NCBI GenBank assembly: GCA_965242865.1
Contig: CBDETK010000013.1
Location: forward strand, 4,128,001-4,192,000
Length of the DNA: 64,000 bases
Direction: 5' to 3'
Source: Candidatus Latescibacterota bacterium
GTDB taxonomy: Bacteria; Latescibacterota; UBA2968; UBA8231
Below the pieces are notes generated by a model. The model saw only the letters and a program-made list of their open reading frames with translations. It was not told the DNA's origin and ran no database searches. The stretch's first letter is position 1. Each line of letters opens with the position of its first letter. Positions 46,428 through 57,636 of this stretch are shown in pieces. The position numbers were made by a program, and so were the translations under genes.

Positions 46428-47516
46428 TTAGGCTCTTTCGGTAAAAAGGTCCAAGTACTGGGCGGCGATTTTTTGAGGGGCGTATTCGCGTTGGACGTAA
46501 GCGCGGCACTGGCGGCCTAGCGCGGTGCGCTCGGCCGGGTCGAGCGCGAGGAAACGCTGGATCTGCTCGACAAAGGCCGGGTAGTCGGCTGGGGCGACGA
46601 GGAATCCGCCCTCGCGTACGCTCTCGGGCAGGGCATCGACGGCAAAGGCCACCGCCGGGGTGCCGGCGTACATACATTCGAGTTGGGTTTGGCCGAAGCC
46701 TTCGACATCGCCGGGTAAGTGGATGTTGGGCATTAGGAAAAGATCGCAACAGGTGCGGAGCATGGCCAACTCATCGTCGGGGAGTGGCCCGAGCAGGACG
46801 ACGCGGTCCGCTAGGCCCGATTGACAGCGCGCTTCCAAGCGCGTGGTTTCGCTGCCGGGAGGACCGCCGATCAAGAGGCGAATATCCGCGTCGAGCAGGG
46901 GCAGCCCCTCGTCCAAAAACTCGACCATGCCCTTGCGAGGGACTTGGCGACCGAAAAGTAGTAGGACGCGGTCTCGGCCAAAGCGCAGCCCGTGTTGCTC
47001 CTCAAAGCGCGCTCGGACCGCTGCCAACTCGGCGGGTGCCAACTTCGGCGGCGCCACCCCTAAATAGATGATCGCCAGCTTGGCCTCGGGTACGCCGCTC
47101 GCCGCGGTAATGCGGCGGCTGTGTTCGCTGATGACGACGACCTTGTCGCAGGCGCGGACGCCCCGGTGCATCAGCGCGCGTGCGAGGGGATTTTTATAGG
47201 TCATTTCGAGGCCATAGACGGTGGTGACGAATCGCGCCGGACCCAAAGGACGCAAGAGGGGGGCCAACGCCGCGGCGACTCCGTCGGCAAAGTACACGGC
47301 ATCAACGCGGCGGAAGAGCACGGCCCACCAGGCGATCCCAAAGCAATAGGGAAGGAACCAAGCGAGGTGCCAAAGCGATTGGCGACCCAGCGCGACGAGG
47401 CGGACTTGGGCTTGGTCGGCCAGCCGGGTATAGAGCGCGTGACAGTGGGTCTGGATGCCGCCGATGGTGGGGGGGTAGCGACGGGCGAGGAAGAGGATGC
47501 GGGGGCGATGGGCCAT
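46428..47516 (-). CDS. Glycosyltransferase family 4
   Basis: YPPTIGG, GRQVPRKG, DVEGFGQTQLE. Confidence 0.9.
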   Translation of the reverse strand: MAHRPRILFLARRYPPTIGGIQTHCHALYTRLADQAQVRLVALGRQSLWHLAWFLPYCFGIAWWAVLFRRVDAVYFADGVAAALAPLLRPLGPARFVTTVYGLEMTYKNPLARALMHRGVRACDKVVVISEHSRRITAASGVPEAKLAIIYLGVAPPKLAPAELAAVRARFEEQHGLRFGRDRVLLLFGRQVPRKGMVEFLDEGLPLLDADIRLLIGGPPGSETTRLEARCQSGLADRVVLLGPLPDDELAMLRTCCDLFLMPNIHLPGDVEGFGQTQLECMYAGTPAVAFAVDALPESVREGGFLVAPADYPAFVEQIQRFLALDPAERTALGRQCRAYVQREYAPQKIAAQYLDLFTERA

Positions 47517-47699
47517 AGTGAAACTTAGGGTAAGGGCCGCCGAAGAGTTCCTGGTTGAGGGTGAGACGCTTTCCGTTCCCCGTGGACAAATATGCCTGCC
47601 CTCACGAAGTGTGTGCGATGGACGTAAATCAAGTGCGCGTTATCGAGCGATTCACCGCACGGGTATTGACGCTTTAGCGTGATCCGCCGACGTATTGAC

Positions 47700-49409
47700 T
47701 TAGCCCCCCTGTTGGCCGTATCCGGTCGTATCTGGTGGCGCAGGTTCGGTCTGGTCGTCGTCCTCCGTCGGGATTGGATTTTCGCCTCTTCCGTTAGTCG
47801 TATCCGGTGGCGCAGGTTCGGTCTGGTGGTCGTCGTTCCTGTCCGTCGGGATTGGGTTTTCGTCTCTTCCGTTGGTCGTATCCGGTGGCGCAGGTTCAGT
47901 CGGCGCGTCGTCCTCCGTCGGGATTGGATTTTCGCCTCTTCCGTTAGTCGTATCTGGTGGCGCAGGTTCGGTTGGCGCGTTCCTGTCCGTCAGGATTGGT
48001 CTTTCGTCTCTTCCGTTAGTCGTATCCGGTGACGCAGGTTCTGACTGCTCGTCGTCCCTGTCTGTCAGAACTGGTCTTTCGCCCTCGCTGTTGGTCGTAT
48101 CCGGCGGCGCAGGTTCGGTCTGGTCGTCATCCTCGTCGGTCAGGATTGGTCTTTCGGCGCATTCGTTGTTCGTCCCCGGCGGTGCAGGTTCTGACTGCTC
48201 GTCCTCGTTCGTCAGGGTTGGGTTTTCGACCTCTCCGTTGGTTGCACCGGGCGGTACAGGTTCTGACTGCTCGTCGTTCTCGTCGGTCGGGGCTGGGGTT
48301 TCGCCCTCGCCGTTGTTCGTCCCCGGCGGTGCAGGTTCTGACTGCTCGTCCTCGTTCGTCAGGGTTGGGTTTTCGACCTCTCCGTTGGTTGCACCGGGCG
48401 GTACAGGTTCTGACTGCTCGTCGTTCTCGTCGGTCGGGGCTGGGGTTTCGCCCTCGCCGTTGTTCGTCCCCGGTGGTGCAGGTTCTGACTGCTCGTCCTC
48501 GTTCGTCAGAGTTGGGTTTTCGGCGCATTCGTTGGGCGGCTCCGGCAGTAAAGTTTCTGGCTGTTCGTCCTCCTCGTTCTCTGGGCTTTCGCCTTCTCCG
48601 TTGGTCGTATCCGGCGGTGCAGTGTACCCCTCGGGCACCTCCGTCAGGATTGGGTTTTCGGCGCATCCGTCCTTATTCATCATTATATCGGCCAGACTAC
48701 AATCCGATGTGGCCTTCCCCGCGGGTTCCGTAGAGTCCACTACGAACTCCACCGGCCCCATTCCCGCCCGCACCGCAAAGGCCGCATCCACACCCGCGCC
48801 CGAAACGACGATACCATAGGTCCGCTCGGCCGGTTCGGCGGGCACACCGACCGCCGAACCGGGCACACCCGCTGCCGAAGCCGCCGCTGTCCCGGCCTGC
48901 CCGTCAACGAGCACCATCCGCCCCGTATGCTGCGCCCCGGCCGTGGTCAGCCGATAGATATACACCCCTGCTGCCACCGCCTGACCCGACCCCTCTGTCG
49001 CGTTCCACACCGCCGAGTGAAACCCGGCCGGCCGATCCCCATTGACCAGCGTCGCCACCCGCTGCCCCAACACATTAAACACCTCCAGCCGCACCCGCGC
49101 CGCGATGGGAAGCTGATAGGGAATGATCGTCGAAGGATTAAACGGATTGGGATAGTTCGGCCCCAACCCAAAGCCCTCGGGCAGGGCCGGACCGCTCGAC
49201 GACGCCAGTGACAGCGCAAAATAGCCCGACGCATCGGTCGTCGCCTGCGCCACCGGGCCGCGTTCCAGAGCCGTCATGTCAAACAACAGTACCTGCGCCG
49301 AGGACGCTGGTGCGCCCGAAGAAAGACGCACCCGACCCTCTATTAGCGGTTCGGCCACCACCGGAGCCGACAACAACAGCCCGACGAAAACAGCGGAGAC
49401 GAATGACAT
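47700..49409 (-). CDS. Secreted protein with an N-proximal FlgD-Ig/T9SS-like domain and an acidic Pro/Thr tandem-repeat tail
   Basis: Signal peptide (..SAPVVA-E). NYPNPFNPSTIIPYQLP..GVYIYRL at residues ~85-165. About 13 copies of a 24-26 aa EPAPPDTTNGxxExPxxT unit. Confidence 0.8.
   Translation of the reverse strand: MSFVSAVFVGLLLSAPVVAEPLIEGRVRLSSGAPASSAQVLLFDMTALERGPVAQATTDASGYFALSLASSSGPALPEGFGLGPNYPNPFNPSTIIPYQLPIAARVRLEVFNVLGQRVATLVNGDRPAGFHSAVWNATEGSGQAVAAGVYIYRLTTAGAQHTGRMVLVDGQAGTAAASAAGVPGSAVGVPAEPAERTYGIVVSGAGVDAAFAVRAGMGPVEFVVDSTEPAGKATSDCSLADIMMNKDGCAENPILTEVPEGYTAPPDTTNGEGESPENEEDEQPETLLPEPPNECAENPTLTNEDEQSEPAPPGTNNGEGETPAPTDENDEQSEPVPPGATNGEVENPTLTNEDEQSEPAPPGTNNGEGETPAPTDENDEQSEPVPPGATNGEVENPTLTNEDEQSEPAPPGTNNECAERPILTDEDDDQTEPAPPDTTNSEGERPVLTDRDDEQSEPASPDTTNGRDERPILTDRNAPTEPAPPDTTNGRGENPIPTEDDAPTEPAPPDTTNGRDENPIPTDRNDDHQTEPAPPDTTNGRGENPIPTEDDDQTEPAPPDTTGYGQQGG
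47720..48665 (-). repeat. Coding tandem repeats of 72-78 bp with a higher-order 147-bp exact duplication
   Basis: GGTGCAGGTTCTGACTGCTCGTCCTCGTTCGTCAG recurs at 48181, 48328, 48475. GTCGTATC(C/T)GGTGGCGCAGGTTC recurs through 47725-48120. Confidence 0.9.
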
Positions 49410-49478
49410 GAGGATTCTCCTCGTGAGTAGGTTTGATGTATTGAGCCTTACTAACGACCCCAGCGGCCCGCCTTCCGA

Positions 49479-49510
49479 AGGATCGAGGGCAAGATGCCCT
49501 CGATTCCGGA
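49479..49510. repeat. REP-like repeat family A (single hairpin)
   Basis: GGATCGAGGGCAAGATGCCCTCGATTCC. Confidence 0.75.
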
Positions 49511-49534
49511 TTCATCGACGAGCACCCGCTGAGA

Positions 49535-51763
<2,229 letters not shown>

Positions 51764-51818
51764 TTAGGCACAATAAACGGCGTTCTCTCGCTTCCAAGCA
51801 AGGGAAATGTGGGTGCGA

Positions 51819-52889
51819 TCACGGCTCGACGAGGATGCGGCCGGGGTTTTCTCGGGTCACCTCGCCGACGAGCGCGGCGGCTTCCACGCCGTTTTGGCCG
51901 AGGGCGTTGAGGAGGGCCTCGGCCTCGGCCTCGGCTACGGCGATGAGCAGGCCGCCGGAGGTCTGGGCGTCGAAGAGGAGATTGGCGCGGGCCGGATCGA
52001 CGCCGCTGGCGACGGTGACCTTGGATTGCAAGAACCGCTGGTTGTCGAGAGAGCCGCCTTTAAGGCCCTCGGCGGCCAGCGCTAGGCTGTGCGCTAGGGC
52101 TGGAACGCGGGCCGCGTAAAAAGTCATTCCCACTTGGCTGCCCTCGGCCATTTCCGCGGCATGCCCCAAAAGGCCGAAGCCGGTGACGTCGGTGCAAGCG
52201 TGGACGGCAAAGTCCGGCAGGATTTCGGCCGCGGCCTTGTTGAGCGCGAGCATGGATGCCACAGCTTCGGCGAGGTCGGCTTCGGCGAGACGCCCGGCCT
52301 TGAAGGCGTTGGCGAGCAGTCCAGTGCCCAGTTTCTTGCTGAGGATGAGGCGGTCGCCGGGCTGAGCGCCGGCGTTGGTGTAGATGCGGTCGGGGTGGAC
52401 GAGGCCGGTGACGGCGAGGCCGTACTTGAGCTCCGGGTCTTGCACGGTGTGCCCGCCGACGAGGGTGCAGCCGGCCTCGGCGACCTTGGACTGGCCGCCG
52501 CGGAGAATCTGGTTGAGCACCTCCGGCGCGAGCGCGTTGGCGGGGAAACAAGCGATGTTGAGCGCGGTGAGCGGCTTGCCGCCCATGGCGTACACGTCGC
52601 TGAGCGCGTTGGCCGCGGCAATGGCCCCAAAGGTGTAGGGGTCGTCGATGATGGGGGTAAAGAAATCGACGGTCTGCACGAGGGCTTCGCGCTCGTTGAG
52701 GCGATAGACGCCAGCGTCGTCAGCGAGGTTGAAGCCGACCAACAGATTGGGATCGCGGGTCGCCGGCAAACCTGCCAGCGCACGCCCGAGCGAGTCGGGG
52801 CGCAGCTTGGAGGCTCAGCCGCCGCAGGCGACCATTTGCGTCAGCCGCTTAGTCTTTTTATAGGTGAATATCTTTTGCCAACGGTTCAT
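51819..52889 (-). CDS. selD: Selenide, water dikinase; selenoprotein with in-frame UGA
   Basis: KRLTQMVACGG-[TGA 52817-52815]-ASKL is in frame with DDAGVY, QTVDFFTPIIDDP, ANALSDVYAMGG, GGHT, DVTGFGLLGH, DAQTSGGLL. Start at 52889 is tentative. Confidence 0.92.
52775..52806 (-). promoter_or_regulatory. Candidate bacterial SECIS hairpin
   Basis: Just 3' of the UGA: GCGC-CCCGA-CUCGC-UCGGG-CGUGC stem-loop. Confidence 0.45.
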
Positions 52890-52962
52890 AATCGTTTGGG
52901 CAAGATAGCACTACACTATATTCTACGGCAAGCGAGGCGATACGCTAGAAAGGTGATGCCAA

Positions 52963-54423
52963 ATGAGGATTGCAATAGCGGGTTTTTCCCACGAGTCGAA
53001 TTCGTTCTATTCGCAGCCGACGCAATTGGAGGATTTCGGAGTCTGCGAAGGCGCGGGCCTGATCGGCCAGTACGCGGGAACTTTTCACGAGATTGCCGGC
53101 TATATCGCCGGGGCCGAGCAGTTCGGCTATGAGCTGTATCCGCTGCTAGCGGCTGCGGCGACTCCGGGCGGCCCGGTGACCGCGGCCGCGTACGAGCACT
53201 TTGTCGGGCGCATCCTCAGCAGCCTCGAGGCCGCCCCCCAGCTCGACGGGGTGTTGTTGGCACTGCACGGGGCCATGGTCGCCGAGGGATTCCCCCAAGC
53301 CGATGGCGAGACCGTGCGCCGGGTGCGCGCGCTGGTCGGCGACTTGCCCATCGCCGTGACCCACGACTACCACGCCAACGTGCCCCCGGTGCTCGTGGCC
53401 GCGGCCGATTGCCTGATGATCTACAAAACCAACCCCCACATTGACCAGCGGGAATGCGGCTTGCAGGCTGCGTCCATTCTGACTCGGCAGATTCGCGGCG
53501 AGGTCCAGCCCAAGATGGCGTTGGTCAAACCAGAGGTGCTCTTCAATATCTACTTCCACAACACGAGCGTCGCGCCCATGCAGCCGCTGATGCAGGCGGC
53601 GATTGAGTTGGAAGCCCAAGCGGGGATTCTCGGGTGTAGCATCGCGGCTGGCTACCAGTACGCGGATGTGCCCTATATGGGGCCGGCGATCGCGGTGATT
53701 GCCGATGGCGACCAAGCAAGGGCCGAGCGCGAGGCCGAGCGGTTGGGCGAGCTTATGTGGGCCTGCCGCGACCAGCTAAAGGCCGCGGTGCCCGGCCCGG
53801 CCGAGGCCGTGCGGTTGGCTGTGGAGAGCGAGGAAAGGCCCGTGTGCCTGCTCGACATGGGCGACAACATCGGCGGCGGATCGTCTGGGGACTCGACGTT
53901 TGTGTTGGAGCAACTGCTCGCCCAAGGAGCGGACGGCTGGGTCGTATCGATTTGGGACGCCGAAAGCGCGCAGGCGTGCTTTGCGGCCGGCGTCGGCGGG
54001 CCGGTCCAGCTCCGCGTCGGCGGCAAGACCGACGACATGCACGGGCCGACCTTGGCGATCGCCGGCCGGGTGCGGACGCTGCACGATGGGTCGTACGAAG
54101 AGCGTGCGCGTCGGCACGGTGGGGGCCGCTATTTCGATCAGGGGCCGACCGCAGTGGTACAAGTCGAGCACGACGGGCGCAAAGGGCTGCTCTTGCTCAA
54201 CAGCGAGCGCGCCTGTCCCAACAGCATCCACCAGATCACCTGTGCCGGAATCCAGCCCGAGCACCAGCGCATTTTGGTGGCCAAGGGCGCGGTGGCGCCG
54301 AGGGCCGCGTACGAGCCGGTGTGCCCCCGCCTAATTGAGGTGGCCTCGGGCGGAGCGACCGCGATTGACCGGCCGGCTGACGAGTATCGGCTGGCGCGTA
54401 AATCGCTCTATGAGTGGCGTTGA
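52963..54423 (+). CDS. M81 family metallopeptidase (MlrC-like)
   Basis: HESNSF, LHGAM, DYHAN, YKTNPHID, DMGDNIGGG. Confidence 0.92.
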   Translation: MRIAIAGFSHESNSFYSQPTQLEDFGVCEGAGLIGQYAGTFHEIAGYIAGAEQFGYELYPLLAAAATPGGPVTAAAYEHFVGRILSSLEAAPQLDGVLLALHGAMVAEGFPQADGETVRRVRALVGDLPIAVTHDYHANVPPVLVAAADCLMIYKTNPHIDQRECGLQAASILTRQIRGEVQPKMALVKPEVLFNIYFHNTSVAPMQPLMQAAIELEAQAGILGCSIAAGYQYADVPYMGPAIAVIADGDQARAEREAERLGELMWACRDQLKAAVPGPAEAVRLAVESEERPVCLLDMGDNIGGGSSGDSTFVLEQLLAQGADGWVVSIWDAESAQACFAAGVGGPVQLRVGGKTDDMHGPTLAIAGRVRTLHDGSYEERARRHGGGRYFDQGPTAVVQVEHDGRKGLLLLNSERACPNSIHQITCAGIQPEHQRILVAKGAVAPRAAYEPVCPRLIEVASGGATAIDRPADEYRLARKSLYEWR

Positions 54424-54533
54424 TCCGGGCCGGGTGGAGGCGCGTCAGAAGCCCCAAGTCTGGTTGCTCGCCCTGCGGCCTCCGGCTATATTGTCGCAGA
54501 GGAATCAACTAAAACCAACAGGAGGAAACGGCT

Positions 54534-55577
54534 GTGACGCTTCGCATAGGACTCATAGGCGCGGGGGCCAATACCCGCTTGCAGCACATTCCCGGTTTTC
54601 AAGGTATTGACGGGGTTGAGATAACCGCCGTGTGCAATCGTTCCCGCGCATCGGGCCAACGGATCGCCGACGAGTACGGGATTCCCCAAGTCTTTGAGGA
54701 CTGGCGGGCGCTGATCGAAAGCGACGATGTCGATGCGATATGCATTGGCACTTGGCCTTACATGCACTGTCCGATGACGCTGGCCGGGCTTGCAGCGGGC
54801 AAGCACGTGCTGACCGAGGCGCGGATGTGCATGAATCTGGCCGAAGCGCGGCAGATGTACGCGGCCTCGCAGCAAACCGACAAGGTGGCGATGATCGTGC
54901 CGGCGCCCTTCTACTTGTCGGCCGAGCCGCTCTTGCTCGACAAGCTGCACAGCGGTTTTTTTGGCGACCTGTTGGAAATTCACTTCACTGGCCTTTCCGG
55001 CGGCTACGATCCAGACGCGCCGCTGCACTGGCGGCAACGCCGCGATTTGTCCGGCAACAACATCATGGTGATGGGCATTGGCAACGAGACCGTGCGGCGC
55101 TATGCCGGGCACGAAAAGGCCGTGCTAGCCCACGGCAAGACGTTTACGACCGAGCGGCTCGACGAGGAGACGGGGCAGCGCGCACCGGCCGATGTGCCGG
55201 AGAGCTTGGGTATTGTCGCCGAGCTGGAAAGTGGGGCGACCGCGGTCTATCACCTGAGCAGCGTCGTGCGGTTAGGCCCTTCCTTTAGCTTTGCCTTTTA
55301 CGGAACCAAAGGCTCGTTTCGGATGGACGCGGGTACGCCGCAGACGCCCGGCGGGATATGGATAGCTGGCGAGGGCGACGACGAGTACCAGCCCTTTGAC
55401 ATCCCGGAGCATCCGCGCAATGGCTGGCAGGTGGAAGAGGATTTTGTCGCCGCCATCCGCGACGGCCGCCCGGTGACGCACACCAGCTTCGGCGACGGCG
55501 TCAAATACATGGAGTTTACCGAGGCCGTGCAGATCAGCATGGCCGAAGGGCGGCGGGTGGAACTGCCGTTGACCTAA
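54534..55577 (+). CDS. Gfo/Idh/MocA family oxidoreductase
   Basis: IGLIGAG..HIPG, IGTWPYMH, KHVLTEARM. Confidence 0.88.
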   Translation: MTLRIGLIGAGANTRLQHIPGFQGIDGVEITAVCNRSRASGQRIADEYGIPQVFEDWRALIESDDVDAICIGTWPYMHCPMTLAGLAAGKHVLTEARMCMNLAEARQMYAASQQTDKVAMIVPAPFYLSAEPLLLDKLHSGFFGDLLEIHFTGLSGGYDPDAPLHWRQRRDLSGNNIMVMGIGNETVRRYAGHEKAVLAHGKTFTTERLDEETGQRAPADVPESLGIVAELESGATAVYHLSSVVRLGPSFSFAFYGTKGSFRMDAGTPQTPGGIWIAGEGDDEYQPFDIPEHPRNGWQVEEDFVAAIRDGRPVTHTSFGDGVKYMEFTEAVQISMAEGRRVELPLT

Positions 55578-55595
55578 TAACCGAGTGGGGGAACC

Positions 55596-55991
55596 ATGAG
55601 TCTGATAGTTGCTGAAGTCTATGATGCGCTGATCGAAGCGGGAACGTCCGAAGAAAAGGCCAAGGCGGCCGCTGGGGCGATTCCCTTCGCCGAGCGGCTG
55701 GCGACCAAAGAGGACTTGGATGAGTTGAAAGCCGCGACCAAAGAGGACTTGGATGAGTTGAAAGCCGCGACCAAAGAGGACTTGGATGAGTTGAAAGCCG
55801 CGACCAAAGAGGACTTGGATGAGTTGAAAGCCGCGACCAAAGAGGACTCGGATGCGCTGAAAGCCAGCTTTAACGAGTTGGAAGCCAGCGTTAACGAGCG
55901 TCTTGCTAAAATTGAGCGCGATTTGGTGCTGGTCAAGTTCATATATGGTCCCGTCGTTTTAGCGCTGCTGGTCAAAATAGCGTTCTTTTAA
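55596..55991 (+). CDS. Coiled-coil, C-terminally anchored protein (CCDC90/DUF1640-like)
   Basis: EVYDALIEAG..EEKAKAAA head, LATKED neck, 11-aa repeats, C-terminal TM. Confidence 0.75.
   Translation: MSLIVAEVYDALIEAGTSEEKAKAAAGAIPFAERLATKEDLDELKAATKEDLDELKAATKEDLDELKAATKEDLDELKAATKEDSDALKASFNELEASVNERLAKIERDLVLVKFIYGPVVLALLVKIAFF
55701..55865 (+). repeat. 33-bp coding tandem repeat x5 (4 exact, 1 degenerate)
   Basis: GCGACCAAAGAGGACTTGGATGAGTTGAAAGCC = ATKEDLDELKA. Confidence 0.95.
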
Positions 55992-56021
55992 GCGAAAGCG
56001 GCCAAGAGTGGGCCGAATGAG

Positions 56022-56057
56022 GAAGCGGCTGGGGCTTTTGCCTCGGCCGCTTTTTTC
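56022..56057 (+). terminator. Rho-independent terminator
   Basis: AAGCGGCTGGGGC-TTTT-GCCTCGGCCGCTT followed by TTTT. Confidence 0.75.
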
Positions 56058-56844
56058 ATGTGAGTGGCTTGCCGCAGTGTGGGCAATGGTGCTTGGGGTC
56101 TTTGGAGCGGTGCGCCGCTAGGGCTTCGACAAACCCCGCGCCGAGAATGCCGGCCGGTAGCGCGAACATGCCGATGCCCAAGATGGCGATGATGGCGGCG
56201 ATGGTTTGGCCGAGGGCGGTGATCGGGTACGTGTCGCCGTAGCCGACCGTGGTCAAGGTGACGATGCTCCACCACATGGTGGCCGGGATGCTGGTAAAGA
56301 CTTCGGGCTGATCTTCGTGCTCGACAAAGTACATCAGCGACGAAGAGATGGACAAAAGGATCAGCAGCACCAAGAAGATGCTGACGAGCTCTTCTTTGCG
56401 ATCGGCGATGACTTGGCCGAGCAGGCGCAGGGCGCGGAAGTAGCGCACCAGCTTGAGGACGCGGAAGATCCGCAGGACGCGCACCACCCGGACAAAGCGT
56501 GCATCTACGCTCGGGGGCGGAAAAAATAAAGGGAGAATGGCCAGCAGGTCGATGATGGCTAGGGGCGTTAAGGCAAAGCGAATGCGCCCAGCTACGGGGC
56601 GCGAGAACCGCGGATTGGCGGTAACGGCCCATAGACGGACCACGTATTCGATTGTAAACACGGCCAGCGAGAGATCCTCAAAAAGCTCAAAGGCGAAACG
56701 ATTGAGGTTGTAGATCGGCTCGACGGTTTCGAGGATTAGGGCGACGATGTTGAGCAAGATCAGGAGGATAATGACCACATCGACGATGTGACCTTGCCCA
56801 TAGCTCGGCTCGATAAAGTGATAGACGCGCTTTCGGATGTTCAT
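56056..56844 (-). CDS. Voltage-gated potassium channel (6TM ion transporter)
   Basis: S4 RFVRVVRVLRIFRVLKLVRY, selectivity filter TTVGYGD, C-terminal CPHCG. Confidence 0.93.
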   Translation of the reverse strand: MNIRKRVYHFIEPSYGQGHIVDVVIILLILLNIVALILETVEPIYNLNRFAFELFEDLSLAVFTIEYVVRLWAVTANPRFSRPVAGRIRFALTPLAIIDLLAILPLFFPPPSVDARFVRVVRVLRIFRVLKLVRYFRALRLLGQVIADRKEELVSIFLVLLILLSISSSLMYFVEHEDQPEVFTSIPATMWWSIVTLTTVGYGDTYPITALGQTIAAIIAILGIGMFALPAGILGAGFVEALAAHRSKDPKHHCPHCGKPLT

Positions 56845-56901
56845 CGGTTTATTCCCACTCGGCGCTAGCTGATTTGCGGTCGGCCCCGGAGCGAGAAAGC
56901 G

Positions 56902-57636
56902 CTAGGAGGTCGGCTTGCGCCAGTAGCCCGCGAGTAGGTCTTGCGGAACCCATCCGAGCAGGCGGCGGGCCTTGGCGTTGCTGTATCGGCCGTGGGGCGT
57001 GTCCGTGGTAATGTGGAAGATCTCGCAGCGCGAGGGCAGGGACGCCAAATCGACCTCTAGGCACTTTTGCAGGGCGCGGGCCGCGTCGGGAAAGGTGACG
57101 GAAAAGGGATTGGTGCCGCGGCCGAGTTGCTCGGCGGTCGGCTCGGCCGCGCGAAAGCTCAAAAAGAGGGTGGTGAGTACGTGGATGGGATGGTTGGCGG
57201 CAAAGATGCGGCAGATTTCTTGGCCGACCGACTTGCTGTGGGCGTAGAGGTTGATCCCGGAATGCAGGGGGACTTCCTCGTTGATGGCAAAGTCGTAGTG
57301 CTCGTACGAGGGGCCGACTTGGGTGAAGTGGGGGCCGGTGTTGATGAAGCGGGTGTGGCCGTTTTCAACCGCGGCGCGGATGCCGTTGTACGTGCCGGTG
57401 GCGTTGACGTCAAAGGCCAGCTTGCGGTCGGGGCGCAGCACCGAGCAGTTGATGGTTACGTCGGTGCCCTCGGTGGCGCGGCGCACTTGGTCGAGGTCCG
57501 AGACATCCACTTGCATGGTCTCGTGCGGGCTGTCGATGGGCACGATGTCGGTGATGCGGAGCGCGTAGGCGTCTTGGAGTTGGTTGACTACGTGCGGACC
57601 GAGAAAGCCGTTGCCGCCTAGGAGCAGAACCTTCAT
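56902..57636 (-). CDS. NAD-dependent epimerase/dehydratase (uronate dehydrogenase-like)
   Basis: GGNGFLG, VNATGTYN, YAHSK. Confidence 0.85.
   Translation of the reverse strand: MKVLLLGGNGFLGPHVVNQLQDAYALRITDIVPIDSPHETMQVDVSDLDQVRRATEGTDVTINCSVLRPDRKLAFDVNATGTYNGIRAAVENGHTRFINTGPHFTQVGPSYEHYDFAINEEVPLHSGINLYAHSKSVGQEICRIFAANHPIHVLTTLFLSFRAAEPTAEQLGRGTNPFSVTFPDAARALQKCLEVDLASLPSRCEIFHITTDTPHGRYSNAKARRLLGWVPQDLLAGYWRKPTS

Noticed and set aside
47517-47699. Possible ncRNA or riboswitch in the intergenic region
   Set aside because: No recognisable conserved motif or strong structure by eye. An Rfam scan would be needed.
47720-48665. Possible CRISPR or non-coding repeat array
   Set aside because: Unit lengths are multiples of 3, inter-motif segments are mutually homologous, and all lie in one ORF. 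The + strand ORFs (47872-48819, 48029-48733) are shadows.
55701-55865. Possible CRISPR array (33-bp repeats)
   Set aside because: Repeats are contiguous with no spacers, in frame inside a CDS, and no cas genes are present.
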